Shown here piece by piece: positions 18,297-31,522 of a stretch of DNA of 64,000 nucleotides (position 1 is its first letter; every line of letters starts with the position of its first letter). The notes beneath the pieces are model-generated. The model did not search any database. It had not been told where the DNA came from and was given only the letters and a program-made list of their open reading frames with translations. The translations under genes and the position numbers were made by a program. The DNA is taken from positions 8,312 to 72,311 of the forward strand of contig CALQYY010000001.1 of NCBI GenBank assembly GCA_943349075.1. Reading direction: 5' to 3'. Source of the stretch: Candidatus Magasanikiibacteriota bacterium (GTDB taxonomy: Bacteria > Patescibacteriota > Patescibacteriia > Magasanikbacterales > 2-02-FULL-50-9b).

Positions 18297-19856
18297 ATGC
18301 CAACTCCATTTCGACCAACGGTTTTGATTATCAACGACGGATGGGGTATTGCTCCGGACAGCGAAGGGAATCCAATTACGCGCGCGAAGACGCCGAATTT
18401 TAGTAAGTGGATTAAGACGTATCCGGCGATGACGATTAAGGCTGCAGGTATTGATGTGGGGCTTTCGTGGGGTGAGATGGGAAATTCTGAGGTTGGGCAT
18501 TTGAATATTGGTGCGGGGCGCGTGTATTATCAGACGCTGCCGCGTATCGGTAAGGAAATTTCGGATAAGAGTTTTTTTAGCAACGAGACATTGCAAAAAG
18601 TTGCGGCTAACGCAAAAAAAGGAGGCAAGTTGCATCTACTCGGTATTGTTTCGGTTGGAAACGTACATGGTTCGCTTGATCATTTGTTTGCGATTTTGGA
18701 ATTTTGTAAGGCGCAAAAATTGACCGATGTTTTTGTTCATGTGATTTTGGATGGACGTGATTCGAAATTTGATTCGGGCAAGGGTTTTGTTGAGCGACTG
18801 CTTGTGAAAATGAAAGAGCTTGGGGTTGGAAAGATTGCAACGATGGGTGGTCGTTTTTATGGAATGGATCGCGACAATCGTTGGGATCGAATCGAAAAGA
18901 TGTATCGCGTTATGGTAGAGGGTGGAAAGTCTGCGGGGAATCCTGCGGATCTCATTCAGAAATCGTACGACGCAAAAGTGTATGATGAAGAATTTGTGCC
19001 GGTGCTGATCGATCCGAAAGGAATCGTGACGCCAGGTGATTCGGTTCTGTTTTTTAATTTCCGCCCTGATCGTTCACGCGAATTGACGCGTGCGTTTGTT
19101 GCTCCGGATTTTGATAAGTTTAGCCGAACCAAAATCGAGCCGCTTATGTTCGCAACCATGACTGAATACGAAAAGGGTTTGCCGGTCGATGTTTGTTATC
19201 CGCCTGAGGTGATCAAGATGACGCTCGCGGAGACGATTTCAAAAGCGGGGAAGACACAATTTCATGTTGCGGAGACAGAAAAATATGCGCACGTGACGTT
19301 TTTCATGAACGGAACGATTGAGGAGGCGTGGCCCGGCGAGGATCGAAAAATTATTCCATCGCCGAAGGTTGCGTCATACGCGGAGGCGCCGGAAATGTCC
19401 GCGCTTGAGGTCGCAAAAGAGGCTGTGAAGGCGATTGAGTCGGACAAGTATGATTTTGTGCTCATGAATTTCGCAAACGCGGATATGGTCGGGCACACAG
19501 GCGATTTTGCAGCAACACTTCGCGGTGTTGAGGCCGTTGATAAGGCGATGGGCATGGTCGTTGCAATTACGCTCGCGAAAAACGGCGCGGTTTTTATTAC
19601 AGCAGACCATGGAAACGGCGAAGAGGTTTTGAATTTAAAAACAGGCGACAAAGACAAAGAGCATTCGACGAACCCAATTCCGTTTTTGTGCATCAGTCGC
19701 GATTGGGAAGGGCAGGTTGGTCCGGGTGGCGAAGTTATCGGTGGCGACATGTCGCTTGTGCAGCCCGTTGGAATGCTTGCGGATGTTGCGCCCACAATTT
19801 TGCATACGATGGGAATTGAGCAGCCAGCGGAGATGACGGGGCGGGCATTGATTTAA
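18297..19856 (+). CDS. gpmI: 2,3-bisphosphoglycerate-independent phosphoglycerate mutase
   Basis: DGWG, MGNSEVGH, AETEKYAHVTFF, NADMVGHTG, TADHGN. Confidence 0.98.
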   Translation: MPTPFRPTVLIINDGWGIAPDSEGNPITRAKTPNFSKWIKTYPAMTIKAAGIDVGLSWGEMGNSEVGHLNIGAGRVYYQTLPRIGKEISDKSFFSNETLQKVAANAKKGGKLHLLGIVSVGNVHGSLDHLFAILEFCKAQKLTDVFVHVILDGRDSKFDSGKGFVERLLVKMKELGVGKIATMGGRFYGMDRDNRWDRIEKMYRVMVEGGKSAGNPADLIQKSYDAKVYDEEFVPVLIDPKGIVTPGDSVLFFNFRPDRSRELTRAFVAPDFDKFSRTKIEPLMFATMTEYEKGLPVDVCYPPEVIKMTLAETISKAGKTQFHVAETEKYAHVTFFMNGTIEEAWPGEDRKIIPSPKVASYAEAPEMSALEVAKEAVKAIESDKYDFVLMNFANADMVGHTGDFAATLRGVEAVDKAMGMVVAITLAKNGAVFITADHGNGEEVLNLKTGDKDKEHSTNPIPFLCISRDWEGQVGPGGEVIGGDMSLVQPVGMLADVAPTILHTMGIEQPAEMTGRALI

Positions 19857-19860
19857 CGCA

Positions 19861-19897
19861 AATAAAAATACAGCCCATCGGGGCTGTATTTTTTATT
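19861..19897. terminator. bidirectional terminator
   Basis: aataaaaatacagccc-atc-gggctgtattttttatt. Confidence 0.9.
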
Positions 19898-19909
19898 ATC
19901 TAAGCCGGA

Positions 19910-21937
19910 TTACTCGCGAAAGGTCTCTGCTTTTTTTGCAGCATTCAGAGTAAGTTTCGCTACGAATTCGGCTGCGAGATTTGGATTAAACTTGTATTTA
20001 GTTGTAAATAAGCCACGAACCTTATCGCTTACAGCTTCAGATATTTTTGTAGTATAACGTTCTTGTGGTGAAAGAAGGTCTTGGTATGATGGACTTTCCA
20101 TCTGATTTAATGCATTTTCAAGCTCAACAGCTGTTGAAATATGTCCAGATCTCAATTGTTGTTGTACAGAATTTAAATACTCTCCTGCAGCTTCGTGCAT
20201 TGCACGAGGACTCTCAATATTTTTTGTTTTTGGTGCTTGAGCGCCTTCTTTTTGCCACATGACTAAGTCAGTAGTCTTTATATACTTACGAGCATCTTCA
20301 CCTGTTTTTGGATCTTTCCATACCACCAAAGCTCTCCCATCGTCTGTCAGAAGTTTTACGCGACCATTTGAGTCCATCTCACCAGAGCTTCGTTTAATAA
20401 ATACAGGCGTTTCGTTATCGATATATGAATCGACCTCTCTTTGTATTTCGATGGCTTTTGCTCTCTCTGCCCCCTTCTTCTTTTCAACTTCAAAACTTTC
20501 TTTAGTTGCTAATTGAGATTTAGCAATATCCTGAGCCCACCCTTCATCTTCCTTTGCTCTTTGAGCACCCTCGTTTATTGTGTCGGGATGATATGTAAAT
20601 GGTTCGTTAGTGTGCAACTTCGTCGTAATTTTTTCGCCTGACAGCGTGAGTTCTCGTTTAGCTGTGATAATTTTTTTATCATTTGAAACAGGTCGACTAT
20701 CTACTGTTTGTGAGGCTTTATCGAAGGCTTTGGATGCTAGGTCTAAGAAATGGTTCTGAGCCGTTTTTTTGTCGAACCAAGGTTTTCCAAATAATCCAAT
20801 TATTTTTTTACCGAACAATTCAGACGTACCCTTTCTTTTCTCAGACGCGGGAAGAAGTTCTTTAATTGCGTTGGAAAGACCAAGATTTTTTATTTCCGCA
20901 TCGAGTTGATCAAAATTTTGAATTGTATCGCTTGCGATTGCTTCTCTAATATTATCAAAGTCTAAGCCTGATTTATTAAAATCAATAATATCAGCTTCTT
21001 CCCGCTGGCTTTCTATGAGCGCTTCTTTAGCTTGTTTGGCTATAAACTCCTTAGCAGTTGCCGGGCTAAAAGCGTACTGATCTTTAGATGGATCAATAGG
21101 AGATCTGAGGGTAAAAGCTGATTGTTTCCTTGTAGGTGTGAGCGTCTCTTTACCTCCCATTGGACTGTTATTTCGCGCATCGATTTCTTCTTGAGTGCGT
21201 ACGGGAGCAACATGAGACATTCGCTCTGCGTCCGCAGCTTTTTCTGCGAGGAGAGCATCTTCTTCGTCAGCCTTAGCGATAAGATGCGGAACTTGTTCAG
21301 GTGTGATTACGCCTGCATTATCAAGTTCAGAAGCTCTACGAAAAGCATCTTCATATTTATTAAGTTCTGCTACAGTTGTATTATTTCCTGGATGGACAAT
21401 TGTCTCTGTAAATGGTTTCGGTTTTTGTTGAGGTTTAACACCACGAAGCGCTTCACGAACAGCGGCCTGTCTTGCTGAGTGCTCAGTGATATTTGCTTCA
21501 ATGGTAATTCTCGCCTCAATTCTCGCAAGAGTCTTTGCCCAAAAATCACGGTTTTGAGCAGTAGTAAGACGCATTGGATTATCAGCAACAACGCCAAGAT
21601 CGCTTAAATCTTGATCAAGTTTTGAATACGCTTCGGTTGCTGCTACAAGTTCATCCCTGGATTTATTCAGCTTATTTTTGATATTATCTGTCTCTGCTTG
21701 TAGTTTTGCGTTCTCTCCACTGGTTATATCTCCATGGCTATGGATTCTTTCTCGTTCTTGACGCAAACTTGTTAAACCATCAATTTCTCGAATCGAGCGA
21801 TCTGCGCGTTCCGTTAGTTTTGAAATCGTGAACGTTGCATCAGAATAAAGTTTTTTCGCTGATTTTTCTGGATTGACCGAGACCTCTTTTTTTGGAGGTA
21901 ATTCAGGTATAAAAGGTCTTTTATTTTCAAGTGCCAT
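19910..21937 (-). CDS. hypothetical charged coiled-coil protein with internal duplication and a small beta-barrel (VFIKRSSG) domain
   Basis: 675-aa ORF with an upstream -10-like TACAAT; no family recognised. Confidence 0.75.
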   Translation of the reverse strand: MALENKRPFIPELPPKKEVSVNPEKSAKKLYSDATFTISKLTERADRSIREIDGLTSLRQERERIHSHGDITSGENAKLQAETDNIKNKLNKSRDELVAATEAYSKLDQDLSDLGVVADNPMRLTTAQNRDFWAKTLARIEARITIEANITEHSARQAAVREALRGVKPQQKPKPFTETIVHPGNNTTVAELNKYEDAFRRASELDNAGVITPEQVPHLIAKADEEDALLAEKAADAERMSHVAPVRTQEEIDARNNSPMGGKETLTPTRKQSAFTLRSPIDPSKDQYAFSPATAKEFIAKQAKEALIESQREEADIIDFNKSGLDFDNIREAIASDTIQNFDQLDAEIKNLGLSNAIKELLPASEKRKGTSELFGKKIIGLFGKPWFDKKTAQNHFLDLASKAFDKASQTVDSRPVSNDKKIITAKRELTLSGEKITTKLHTNEPFTYHPDTINEGAQRAKEDEGWAQDIAKSQLATKESFEVEKKKGAERAKAIEIQREVDSYIDNETPVFIKRSSGEMDSNGRVKLLTDDGRALVVWKDPKTGEDARKYIKTTDLVMWQKEGAQAPKTKNIESPRAMHEAAGEYLNSVQQQLRSGHISTAVELENALNQMESPSYQDLLSPQERYTTKISEAVSDKVRGLFTTKYKFNPNLAAEFVAKLTLNAAKKAETFRE

Positions 21938-22010
21938 AGAACAAAAAGTACGAATTGTATTATATTGAAGTCATTATAAATTTTTCTGTAAAAACAAGCA
22001 AATCAAGATG

Positions 22011-22064
22011 TTGACAATATTTGATAAATAGGGTAGGGTACAACGTTCTCAATGCGCAAGGAGG
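22011..22064 (+). promoter_or_regulatory. promoter TTGACA-17-TAGGGT and SD AAGGAGG
   Basis: TTGACA 22011-16; AAGGAGG 22058-64. Confidence 0.55.
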
Positions 22065-22068
22065 GACT

Positions 22069-22602
22069 ATGCTACCAGAACAAACGGTTCGAGAGTTTGA
22101 TCCTGATACGAGGCTCAGTCAACTGGTTCTTTTGAATTTAGTGAGGGATCTACGTACTAGCCCACAGAATCGACAAAAAATCGAAAGCGGTAGAGCTTTA
22201 GTGCTTGTCGTATTCCCAGATGAGGAGGGTGAATTACCGGTGATTATCATCGCCGCAAAAGACATGGAGACCTCTGAGAAGGTATCGACGGGTCGGATTT
22301 TCCTGACCTGGCGGACGACGTGCTATGCAGTCAAAGAATGTGAGTTCTACGTCCCAGCGCAGCGGCTGCATCGGGAGGTGATCGAAGATGGTGGTGTTCT
22401 CCTCTACGCTGATCTGGAAACAGCGAAGTATGATGGTGAGAATATCCATGGACGATCTTTGCCACTTGGTGATTTCCGTTATCTCATTGAGGTCGGCATT
22501 TCGCTGGGTCCTTCGGCATCTCGGATCTACCTAGACACAGAAGCCACTGCATCCGCACGAAACAAGCCGCTTCGCTTTCTGCGGTTTGATGTGCTGTTGT
22601 AG
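22069..22602 (+). CDS. hypothetical protein (self-contained module)
   Basis: strong SD 4 nt before ATG 22069, TAG stop, followed by a terminator. Confidence 0.7.
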   Translation: MLPEQTVREFDPDTRLSQLVLLNLVRDLRTSPQNRQKIESGRALVLVVFPDEEGELPVIIIAAKDMETSEKVSTGRIFLTWRTTCYAVKECEFYVPAQRLHREVIEDGGVLLYADLETAKYDGENIHGRSLPLGDFRYLIEVGISLGPSASRIYLDTEATASARNKPLRFLRFDVLL

Positions 22603-22606
22603 TTTT

Positions 22607-22665
22607 GCTCACCGCTTTGCTCTGAGAGACATCTTTCGGGGCAGGCGGTGGGCGTTTTATTTTTT
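22607..22665 (+). terminator. long G-U-rich hairpin terminator
   Basis: gctcaccgctttgctctgagaga...tttcggggcaggcggtgggc followed by a T-rich tail. Confidence 0.75.
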
Positions 22666-22684
22666 GTGCTATAATTTCCTAACT

Positions 22685-23203
22685 ATGAATCTCGACTCAC
22701 AAATTGTTTTAAGTGTTCATGCGTTCGTTGTTGCACATCCACTCGCGGCAACAATCGCATTTGTTTTTAATTACGGTTTTGTTGTCCTGTTGTTGGTGCT
22801 GTGCGGGGGACATATGTTCGTTAATCGAAAAAAGATGGAGGTTTTGTTTGTCCCGTTTTCGATGGCGGCGGCATATGTGGTGAGCCGTGTGATTGGCATG
22901 ATTTATTTTCGACCACGACCGTTTATCCCACTCGATTTTGTTCCGCTCATCGTTCAGTCGCCGTTGAGCAAATCATTTCCGTCGAGTCATTCAATTGCGG
23001 CATTTGCGGGGGCGTATATGCTCTACAAATTTAACAAACAGTGGGGTCGCTGGGCGCTCGGGTGCGCGGCAATGATCGCGATTTCGCGTGTTTTGGTGGG
23101 CGTTCATTATCCAACTGACATCCTTGCCGGGGCAGCGCTTGGCGTGCTACTATCTGAGCTCATATACCGCTATCGAAAGAGCCTATGGGGCAGCTCAAAA
23201 TAG
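22685..23203 (+). CDS. PAP2-family phosphatase (undecaprenyl-diphosphatase BcrC-like)
   Basis: RPRP, SFPSSH, SRVLVGVHYPTD. Confidence 0.9.
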   Translation: MNLDSQIVLSVHAFVVAHPLAATIAFVFNYGFVVLLLVLCGGHMFVNRKKMEVLFVPFSMAAAYVVSRVIGMIYFRPRPFIPLDFVPLIVQSPLSKSFPSSHSIAAFAGAYMLYKFNKQWGRWALGCAAMIAISRVLVGVHYPTDILAGAALGVLLSELIYRYRKSLWGSSK

Positions 23204-24252
23204 TCATTCGCGCCGGTGGAACAGGGACACGTTTGTGGCCGCTTTCAACGTCGGATTTGCCAAAACAATTTGTTCCTGTTTTGTCGGACAAATCACTCCT
23301 TCAAGAGACATTTGAGCGTGTCCGATCTTTTGGTGCTGAAAATATTTTTGTAACAACGAACGCTCGATACGTTGGGTTAGTTGGGGAGCAGTTGCCGGAA
23401 CTTGACCCACATCACATCATCGCTGAACCATTGAAACGAAATACCGGTCCGGGCGTTGCGTTTGAAACGGCGGTGCTTTCAGGTTTTTTCGGTGACGAAA
23501 ATCCGACGATCGCAAGTATTCCATCTGACGATTTTGTCGGGAATCCTGAGGCATTTGCTTCGGCGATAAAAAAGATTGCGCAGTATTTGGATGAGCATGA
23601 GCGGTTTATTGTGATGCCACTCGTAACACCTGAAACGGTTGATCCGGGATACTCGTATGTGCGCGCGGAGTTTGGCGAGAGCGAGACTGCAAAGGTTAGC
23701 GAGTGGGTTGAAAAGCCGGACGCTGAACTTTGTCGCGCGATGATTGATGAGGGGTCGTGGTTTGCACACACAGGAATGTATATTTGGAAATTAAACACGG
23801 CTGCTGCGATGTTTGAACATTTGGTTCCAGCGGTTTGGAGACGAGTTATCGAAATTCGTGATGCAATTTCAGCGGGCGATGAGTCACGCGCGCTTCAGGC
23901 TGCACACGATTTGCCGATTGTCTCAATCGAATCGATGGTAACGAAATTGTATGATGCGAAGGTTGGGTTTTTAGCGGATGCATGGAATTGGTCGGATGTT
24001 GGAAAGTGGACGGTGGTGAAGGAGTTGCTCAAAGCCGATGACAAGAAAAATGCATCGTCGCATGATCAGGTTCATTTTGTGAATGCGCAAAATAATTTGG
24101 TCTATGGCGCGCAAGGAAAACGCGTTGTGTGTATCGGGGTTTCAAATTTGGTGATTGTTGATCGTGGCGACCATCTGCTTGTGTGCCGCATTGAGGAGTC
24201 ACATAATATCGGGGCGATCTCAGAGGAGCTCAATAAAAAAGGGTTGTTATGA
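23185..24252 (+). CDS. manC: mannose-1-phosphate guanylyltransferase
   Basis: AGGTGTRLWPLS..PKQF, EPLKRNTGP, WSDVG. Confidence 0.88.
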   Translation: MGQLKIVIRAGGTGTRLWPLSTSDLPKQFVPVLSDKSLLQETFERVRSFGAENIFVTTNARYVGLVGEQLPELDPHHIIAEPLKRNTGPGVAFETAVLSGFFGDENPTIASIPSDDFVGNPEAFASAIKKIAQYLDEHERFIVMPLVTPETVDPGYSYVRAEFGESETAKVSEWVEKPDAELCRAMIDEGSWFAHTGMYIWKLNTAAAMFEHLVPAVWRRVIEIRDAISAGDESRALQAAHDLPIVSIESMVTKLYDAKVGFLADAWNWSDVGKWTVVKELLKADDKKNASSHDQVHFVNAQNNLVYGAQGKRVVCIGVSNLVIVDRGDHLLVCRIEESHNIGAISEELNKKGLL

Positions 24253-25232
24253 AGAAAATTTTTAGTGGCCTCGCTGTTGTCGGCATTTTTTTGTGGTGGG
24301 CTAGCTCTGTTTCTCCTGGCTCAATCGTAATTGAAGGAGGGGATTCTGTTCAGTCTGTTGCAGTCAAGCTTCGATCTGAAAAAATTGTTCGATCGGAAAC
24401 ACTTGTTAAAATCGCGTATCGCTTGTTCGGTTCTGGAGAACATGTGTATCCAGGAACCGTTGTAATCGGTCCGAGCTGCTCTATTCGTTGTGTTATTCGA
24501 GAGATCACATCAGCGCAGCCGTCGATTGTAAGGATTCGTTTAACTGAAGGCCAAGACATTCGTGATTTGGCAACGGTTTTGGAATCAAAAAAGATTGGTA
24601 CTGCAGCTGACCTTCTTGCGATTGTTGGAACACCCGCTGTTGTCCCAACAAAACATGCGGATTTTTCTGGTGAATTTTCGTTTCTTGCGAGCGCTCCAAA
24701 AAATATAAGTTTGGAAGGGTATTTATTTCCGGACACCTATGATTTTTCGGGAAGTGCCACGCCTGAACAAGTTGTTCGAACAATGCTCAAGAATTTTGAT
24801 CGTCGGGTGACGCCCGAGATGCGTGAGCGTGCGGCGAAACAAGGGAGAACGCTTCATGAGGTAGTAACGATGGCAAGTATTTTGGATCTTGAGGTTCGTG
24901 GCGCGGAAGACCAGCGAATGGTTGCCGACATTTTGTGGCGCAGAATTTCGCGTGGAATGGGGCTTCAGGTTGATTCGTCGGTGAAATATTTAACAAAATC
25001 GGCTGGTGTTTTCACAACAAAACAGGAGCGCGCAACGGTTTCGCTCTGGAATACCTATAAATTTCGAGGGTTACCGCTCGGCCCAATCGGGAACCCGGGT
25101 ATTAGCGCAATTGAGGCTGCGCTTAGTCCAAAGCCAAATGAATATTGGTTTTATTTGACATCTCCGGATGGAACGGTGCATTATGCGCGGACGCTCGATG
25201 AGCATGTGTCGAACAAACGATTTCTCAAATGA
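24249..25232 (+). CDS. mltG: endolytic transglycosylase MltG (YceG family)
   Basis: LEGYLFPDTY, ASILDLE, LQVDSS, NTYKFRGLPLGPIGNPG. Confidence 0.92.
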   Translation: MKKIFSGLAVVGIFLWWASSVSPGSIVIEGGDSVQSVAVKLRSEKIVRSETLVKIAYRLFGSGEHVYPGTVVIGPSCSIRCVIREITSAQPSIVRIRLTEGQDIRDLATVLESKKIGTAADLLAIVGTPAVVPTKHADFSGEFSFLASAPKNISLEGYLFPDTYDFSGSATPEQVVRTMLKNFDRRVTPEMRERAAKQGRTLHEVVTMASILDLEVRGAEDQRMVADILWRRISRGMGLQVDSSVKYLTKSAGVFTTKQERATVSLWNTYKFRGLPLGPIGNPGISAIEAALSPKPNEYWFYLTSPDGTVHYARTLDEHVSNKRFLK

Positions 25233-26248
25233 AAACAACTGAGCTTGACTACCATCTTCCAGAACGCTTGATTGCACAACACTCGGTAACGCCGCGTGAT
25301 AGTTCGAAATTGCTGGTTTTTAATCGTGCAACGCAATCAATTGAACATCGCGTGTTTAGAGATATCGTCGACTATTTGCAGCCAGGGGATTTGCTCGTTT
25401 TCAATAATTCAAAGGTTTTTCGTGCACGTTTGCATGATATTTCAGGTGTCATTGAGATTTTTTTGCTGCGCCCGCGTGGAGATTTTAGCTGGGAATGTCT
25501 TGGAAAGCCGGGGAAAAAATTGCAGGTTGGCGATGAGGTTGTGTTTGAGAAAGGAGTTATCGGAGTTGTTGAAGAGCGATTTGAAAACGGTCGTTTTTTG
25601 CTTAAATTTTCGTTAACACCTGCTGAAGTTATTGCATTTGCCAATGAGGTTGGAGAAATTCCGATTCCGCCATACGTTGCGCAAAAACCGCTTGAGCTTA
25701 AGGATTATCAAACGGTATACGCAAAACATACCGGCTCTGTTGCTGCGCCAACAGCAGGTTTTCATTTTACCGAGCGATTATTTGCTGAATTAGCCGAGAA
25801 AAAAATCGAAACTGCCGAGGTGACACTCCATGTTGGAATCGGAACGTTTCAGCCGATAAAATCTGACACAATCGAAGAACATGAAATGCATTTTGAATGG
25901 GCAGAGATTTCTGCGGAAACAGCAGAGGCGATTGCGCGAACGAAAGCGCGCGGCGGACGGGTGATTGCGGTTGGAACAACGACTGTACGGGCGCTTGAGG
26001 GGCTTGAAGGCGCATCTGGTGCGGGGGATGTGAATATCTTCATCAATCCGGGCTACCAATTTAAAATCATTGATGTGCTCGTCACAAATTTTCATTTGCC
26101 GCGCTCAACCTTGATGCTGCTTGTTAGTGCGTTTTTACAGAACGGCTACGAAATCGATGGGCTTTTGCTTCTAAAATATATCTACGGAGAGGCAATAGAT
26201 AAGGATTATCGGTTTTATAGTTTTGGAGACGCGATGCTTGTGTTATAA
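25229..26248 (+). CDS. queA: S-adenosylmethionine:tRNA ribosyltransferase-isomerase
   Basis: GSVAAPTAGFHFT, LHVGIGTF, TNFHLPRSTL, YRFYSFGDAM. Confidence 0.97.
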   Translation: MKTTELDYHLPERLIAQHSVTPRDSSKLLVFNRATQSIEHRVFRDIVDYLQPGDLLVFNNSKVFRARLHDISGVIEIFLLRPRGDFSWECLGKPGKKLQVGDEVVFEKGVIGVVEERFENGRFLLKFSLTPAEVIAFANEVGEIPIPPYVAQKPLELKDYQTVYAKHTGSVAAPTAGFHFTERLFAELAEKKIETAEVTLHVGIGTFQPIKSDTIEEHEMHFEWAEISAETAEAIARTKARGGRVIAVGTTTVRALEGLEGASGAGDVNIFINPGYQFKIIDVLVTNFHLPRSTLMLLVSAFLQNGYEIDGLLLLKYIYGEAIDKDYRFYSFGDAMLVL

Positions 26249-26310
26249 TAAATGAAACTTTCTTTTAAGTTTCAACGTATATCATATTAGGTGGCGTTGC
26301 CGCTATAACT

Positions 26311-29002
<2,692 letters not shown>

Positions 29003-29036
29003 TCTGACTGGAATAAATTTTAAATGGGAGGGACGT

Positions 29037-31034
29037 ATGGCGATTGATTTTAAAAAAGAGTTGAACGAAGAACAATATCCAGTTGTAATGCACGGCGATG
29101 GGCCGTGTTTAGTTTTAGCGGGCGCGGGGTCAGGTAAGACGCGTACGATTACATTTCGTGTTGCGTATTTACTCGAAAAAGGAATTCCGCCAGAAAATAT
29201 TTTACTCTTAACATTTACGAACAAAGCCGCGAAGGAAATGGCGGATCGTGTTTCGAAATTAACAGGGCAATCGCCGAAGGGTTTGTGGAGCGGTACATTT
29301 CATCATATCGGTTATCGATTGGTGCAAACATATTCGAAGCTCCTCGGATTTCCGTCGCACATAACCATTATTGATTCGGAAGATTCTCGAAATTTGCTCA
29401 CGCAGGTGATGAAGAGTGAGGGAATTGATACGAAGTCGAAGAAGTATCCGCCGGTCAATGTGATCGCGGATATTTATTCGTACGCGCGCAACGCAATGAT
29501 TTCGGTTGAGGAGGCAATTGATATTAAGCGTCCGAGCGCGTTTGGTGTTGCGACGGAAATCGCGAATGTGACGCGCGTATATGAAGCGCGTAAGCGCGAG
29601 AGCGGGTTTGCGGATTTTGACGATCTACTTTGTTTGTGGCTGAAATTATTGGAGGAGCACCCAGATGTTCAGGCGAAATTGTCGGGGCAGTTTAATTATG
29701 TGCTCGTTGATGAGTATCAGGACACAAATCGTGTTCAAGCGAAAATTATTCAGAAAATGGCGGTTGTGCACGGCAATGTTTTGGCGGTGGGCGACGATGC
29801 TCAATCGATTTATTCGTTTCGCGCGGCGGACATCGCAAATATTTTGGATTTTGAAAAACACTATCCGGGCGCGAAGATTTATCATTTGCTGAATAACTAT
29901 CGTTCGTCGCCAGAAATTTTGGCGGTTGCGAATCATGTGATTAAACAGAACGAGCATCAATATAAAAAAGAGCTGCTCAGTATTTTGGCAGCACACGAAA
30001 AACCACATTTGATTAAGGCAGATACTGCAGAGCTCGAGGCAGAAAAAATTGCGGATTCGATTAACACACTTCGCCGCGAAGGTCACAAACTTTCTGAGAT
30101 TGCGATTTTGTTTCGCTCAACGTTTCATTCGCAGCCGCTTGAAGTTGAACTCACGCGTCGCGGTGTTCCATTTGATTATCGCGGAGGCCAACGTTTTTTT
30201 GAGCGTGCGCATGTAAAAGATATTTTGGCGTATCTGCGTGCGTTTACGGCGCCGAAAGATTCGATCGCGTGGCACCGACTCTTAATGCAGCAAGAGGGAA
30301 TTGGTCCGGAATCTGCGCGCAAACTTTATGATCAGATTAAACAATTTGGTTCGACGCAGGATTTGCTCCACGCAGAGAATCAGTTTGAGATTGAAAAGCG
30401 GTGGGCTGGTGGTTGGGCGGTCGTGAAAAAAACGATGTGGGAGTTGTCGCTCAAACATGAAACCGTTGGAGAGATGGTGCGCGCGGTGAACGAATGTGCG
30501 TACAAACAGTATTTGAAGAGCGAGTTTCAAAATGCTGACGATCGTTTGAAAGATGTTGAACAGCTTGCAAGTTTTACGGATCGCATCACGGATTTGAAAG
30601 CCTTTTTGGCCGAGACCGCGCTCCAAGAGCAGCATCGTGCAAAAACAGCTGCGGCCGATGATCGGCTCGTGCTCTCAACAATTCACCAATCAAAAGGTCT
30701 TGAGTGGGACACTGTGTTTTTGATTAATTTGATTGCAGGGGCGTTTCCAAATGAGCGTGCATCGCTCGAGGAGGGTGGAATCGAAGAAGAGCGTCGTTTA
30801 TTTTATGTTGCGCTGACGCGTGCGCGCAAGAATTTGTATTTGTCGTACACGTTGCTTGGCGGAAAGCAAAATGATTTTGTGGTGTCGCCATCGCCGTTTA
30901 TTGAGGAGATCGATCAGGTTTTGCTTGATGTTGGACGCAAAAATAGCTCGCAGGAGCCATCATACACCTACGAGCCAGATCCGACTGTCGACTGGCGCAA
31001 GAAAAGTTTCTTGAGCTCAGTTGATGAGTTTTAA
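29037..31034 (+). CDS. UvrD/PcrA-family ATP-dependent DNA helicase
   Basis: AGAGSGKT, DEYQDTN, VGDDAQSIYSFR, STIHQSKGLEW, EERRLFYVALTRA. Confidence 0.95.
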   Translation: MAIDFKKELNEEQYPVVMHGDGPCLVLAGAGSGKTRTITFRVAYLLEKGIPPENILLLTFTNKAAKEMADRVSKLTGQSPKGLWSGTFHHIGYRLVQTYSKLLGFPSHITIIDSEDSRNLLTQVMKSEGIDTKSKKYPPVNVIADIYSYARNAMISVEEAIDIKRPSAFGVATEIANVTRVYEARKRESGFADFDDLLCLWLKLLEEHPDVQAKLSGQFNYVLVDEYQDTNRVQAKIIQKMAVVHGNVLAVGDDAQSIYSFRAADIANILDFEKHYPGAKIYHLLNNYRSSPEILAVANHVIKQNEHQYKKELLSILAAHEKPHLIKADTAELEAEKIADSINTLRREGHKLSEIAILFRSTFHSQPLEVELTRRGVPFDYRGGQRFFERAHVKDILAYLRAFTAPKDSIAWHRLLMQQEGIGPESARKLYDQIKQFGSTQDLLHAENQFEIEKRWAGGWAVVKKTMWELSLKHETVGEMVRAVNECAYKQYLKSEFQNADDRLKDVEQLASFTDRITDLKAFLAETALQEQHRAKTAAADDRLVLSTIHQSKGLEWDTVFLINLIAGAFPNERASLEEGGIEEERRLFYVALTRARKNLYLSYTLLGGKQNDFVVSPSPFIEEIDQVLLDVGRKNSSQEPSYTYEPDPTVDWRKKSFLSSVDEF

Positions 31035-31036
31035 AT

Positions 31037-31447
31037 TTATTTAACAATTACTGTTCCTTGGAATTTGGTGTCACGTCCATTTAAGTGGTCGTGGAATTTC
31101 CATGTGCCAGCTTTGGTGAACTTGAAGGACCACACGCCACCAGGAGCGAGTGCTGCCTTTGGATCGAATTCAGGGTAGTCAGCGTGTGATGGATGTGGGT
31201 TTGATGCGAGCCAGTGTGGTTTCACGTCGCTGTTGCGGAATTCAACGGTGTCGCCAACTGCGATGGTGAGTTCTTTTGGAGTAACGCCCTCAGGATTGAT
31301 AGTGAGCGGGTACATTGTGCTCTGAACGGGTCTGTTTGCCTGAACAGGTTCTTCAGTGATCGAGAGTTGACCTTCTTTGCTGCAACCTCCGCCAATCAGA
31401 AGGAGTGCTGCACCGAACGCTGCGAGTTTGAGTTTTGTAGTGTTCAT
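31037..31447 (-). CDS. cupredoxin-fold lipoprotein
   Basis: LLIGGGC lipobox; PKELTIAVGDTVEFRN..PH..FTKAGTWKFHDHL..GTVIVK. Confidence 0.8.
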   Translation of the reverse strand: MNTTKLKLAAFGAALLLIGGGCSKEGQLSITEEPVQANRPVQSTMYPLTINPEGVTPKELTIAVGDTVEFRNSDVKPHWLASNPHPSHADYPEFDPKAALAPGGVWSFKFTKAGTWKFHDHLNGRDTKFQGTVIVK

Positions 31448-31522
31448 AGTAATCGCATTATATCGACGCGCTTGTCAGTCGTCAAAAAAGATGCTACACT
31501 CGGGCCAATAATGTAAACTTTT

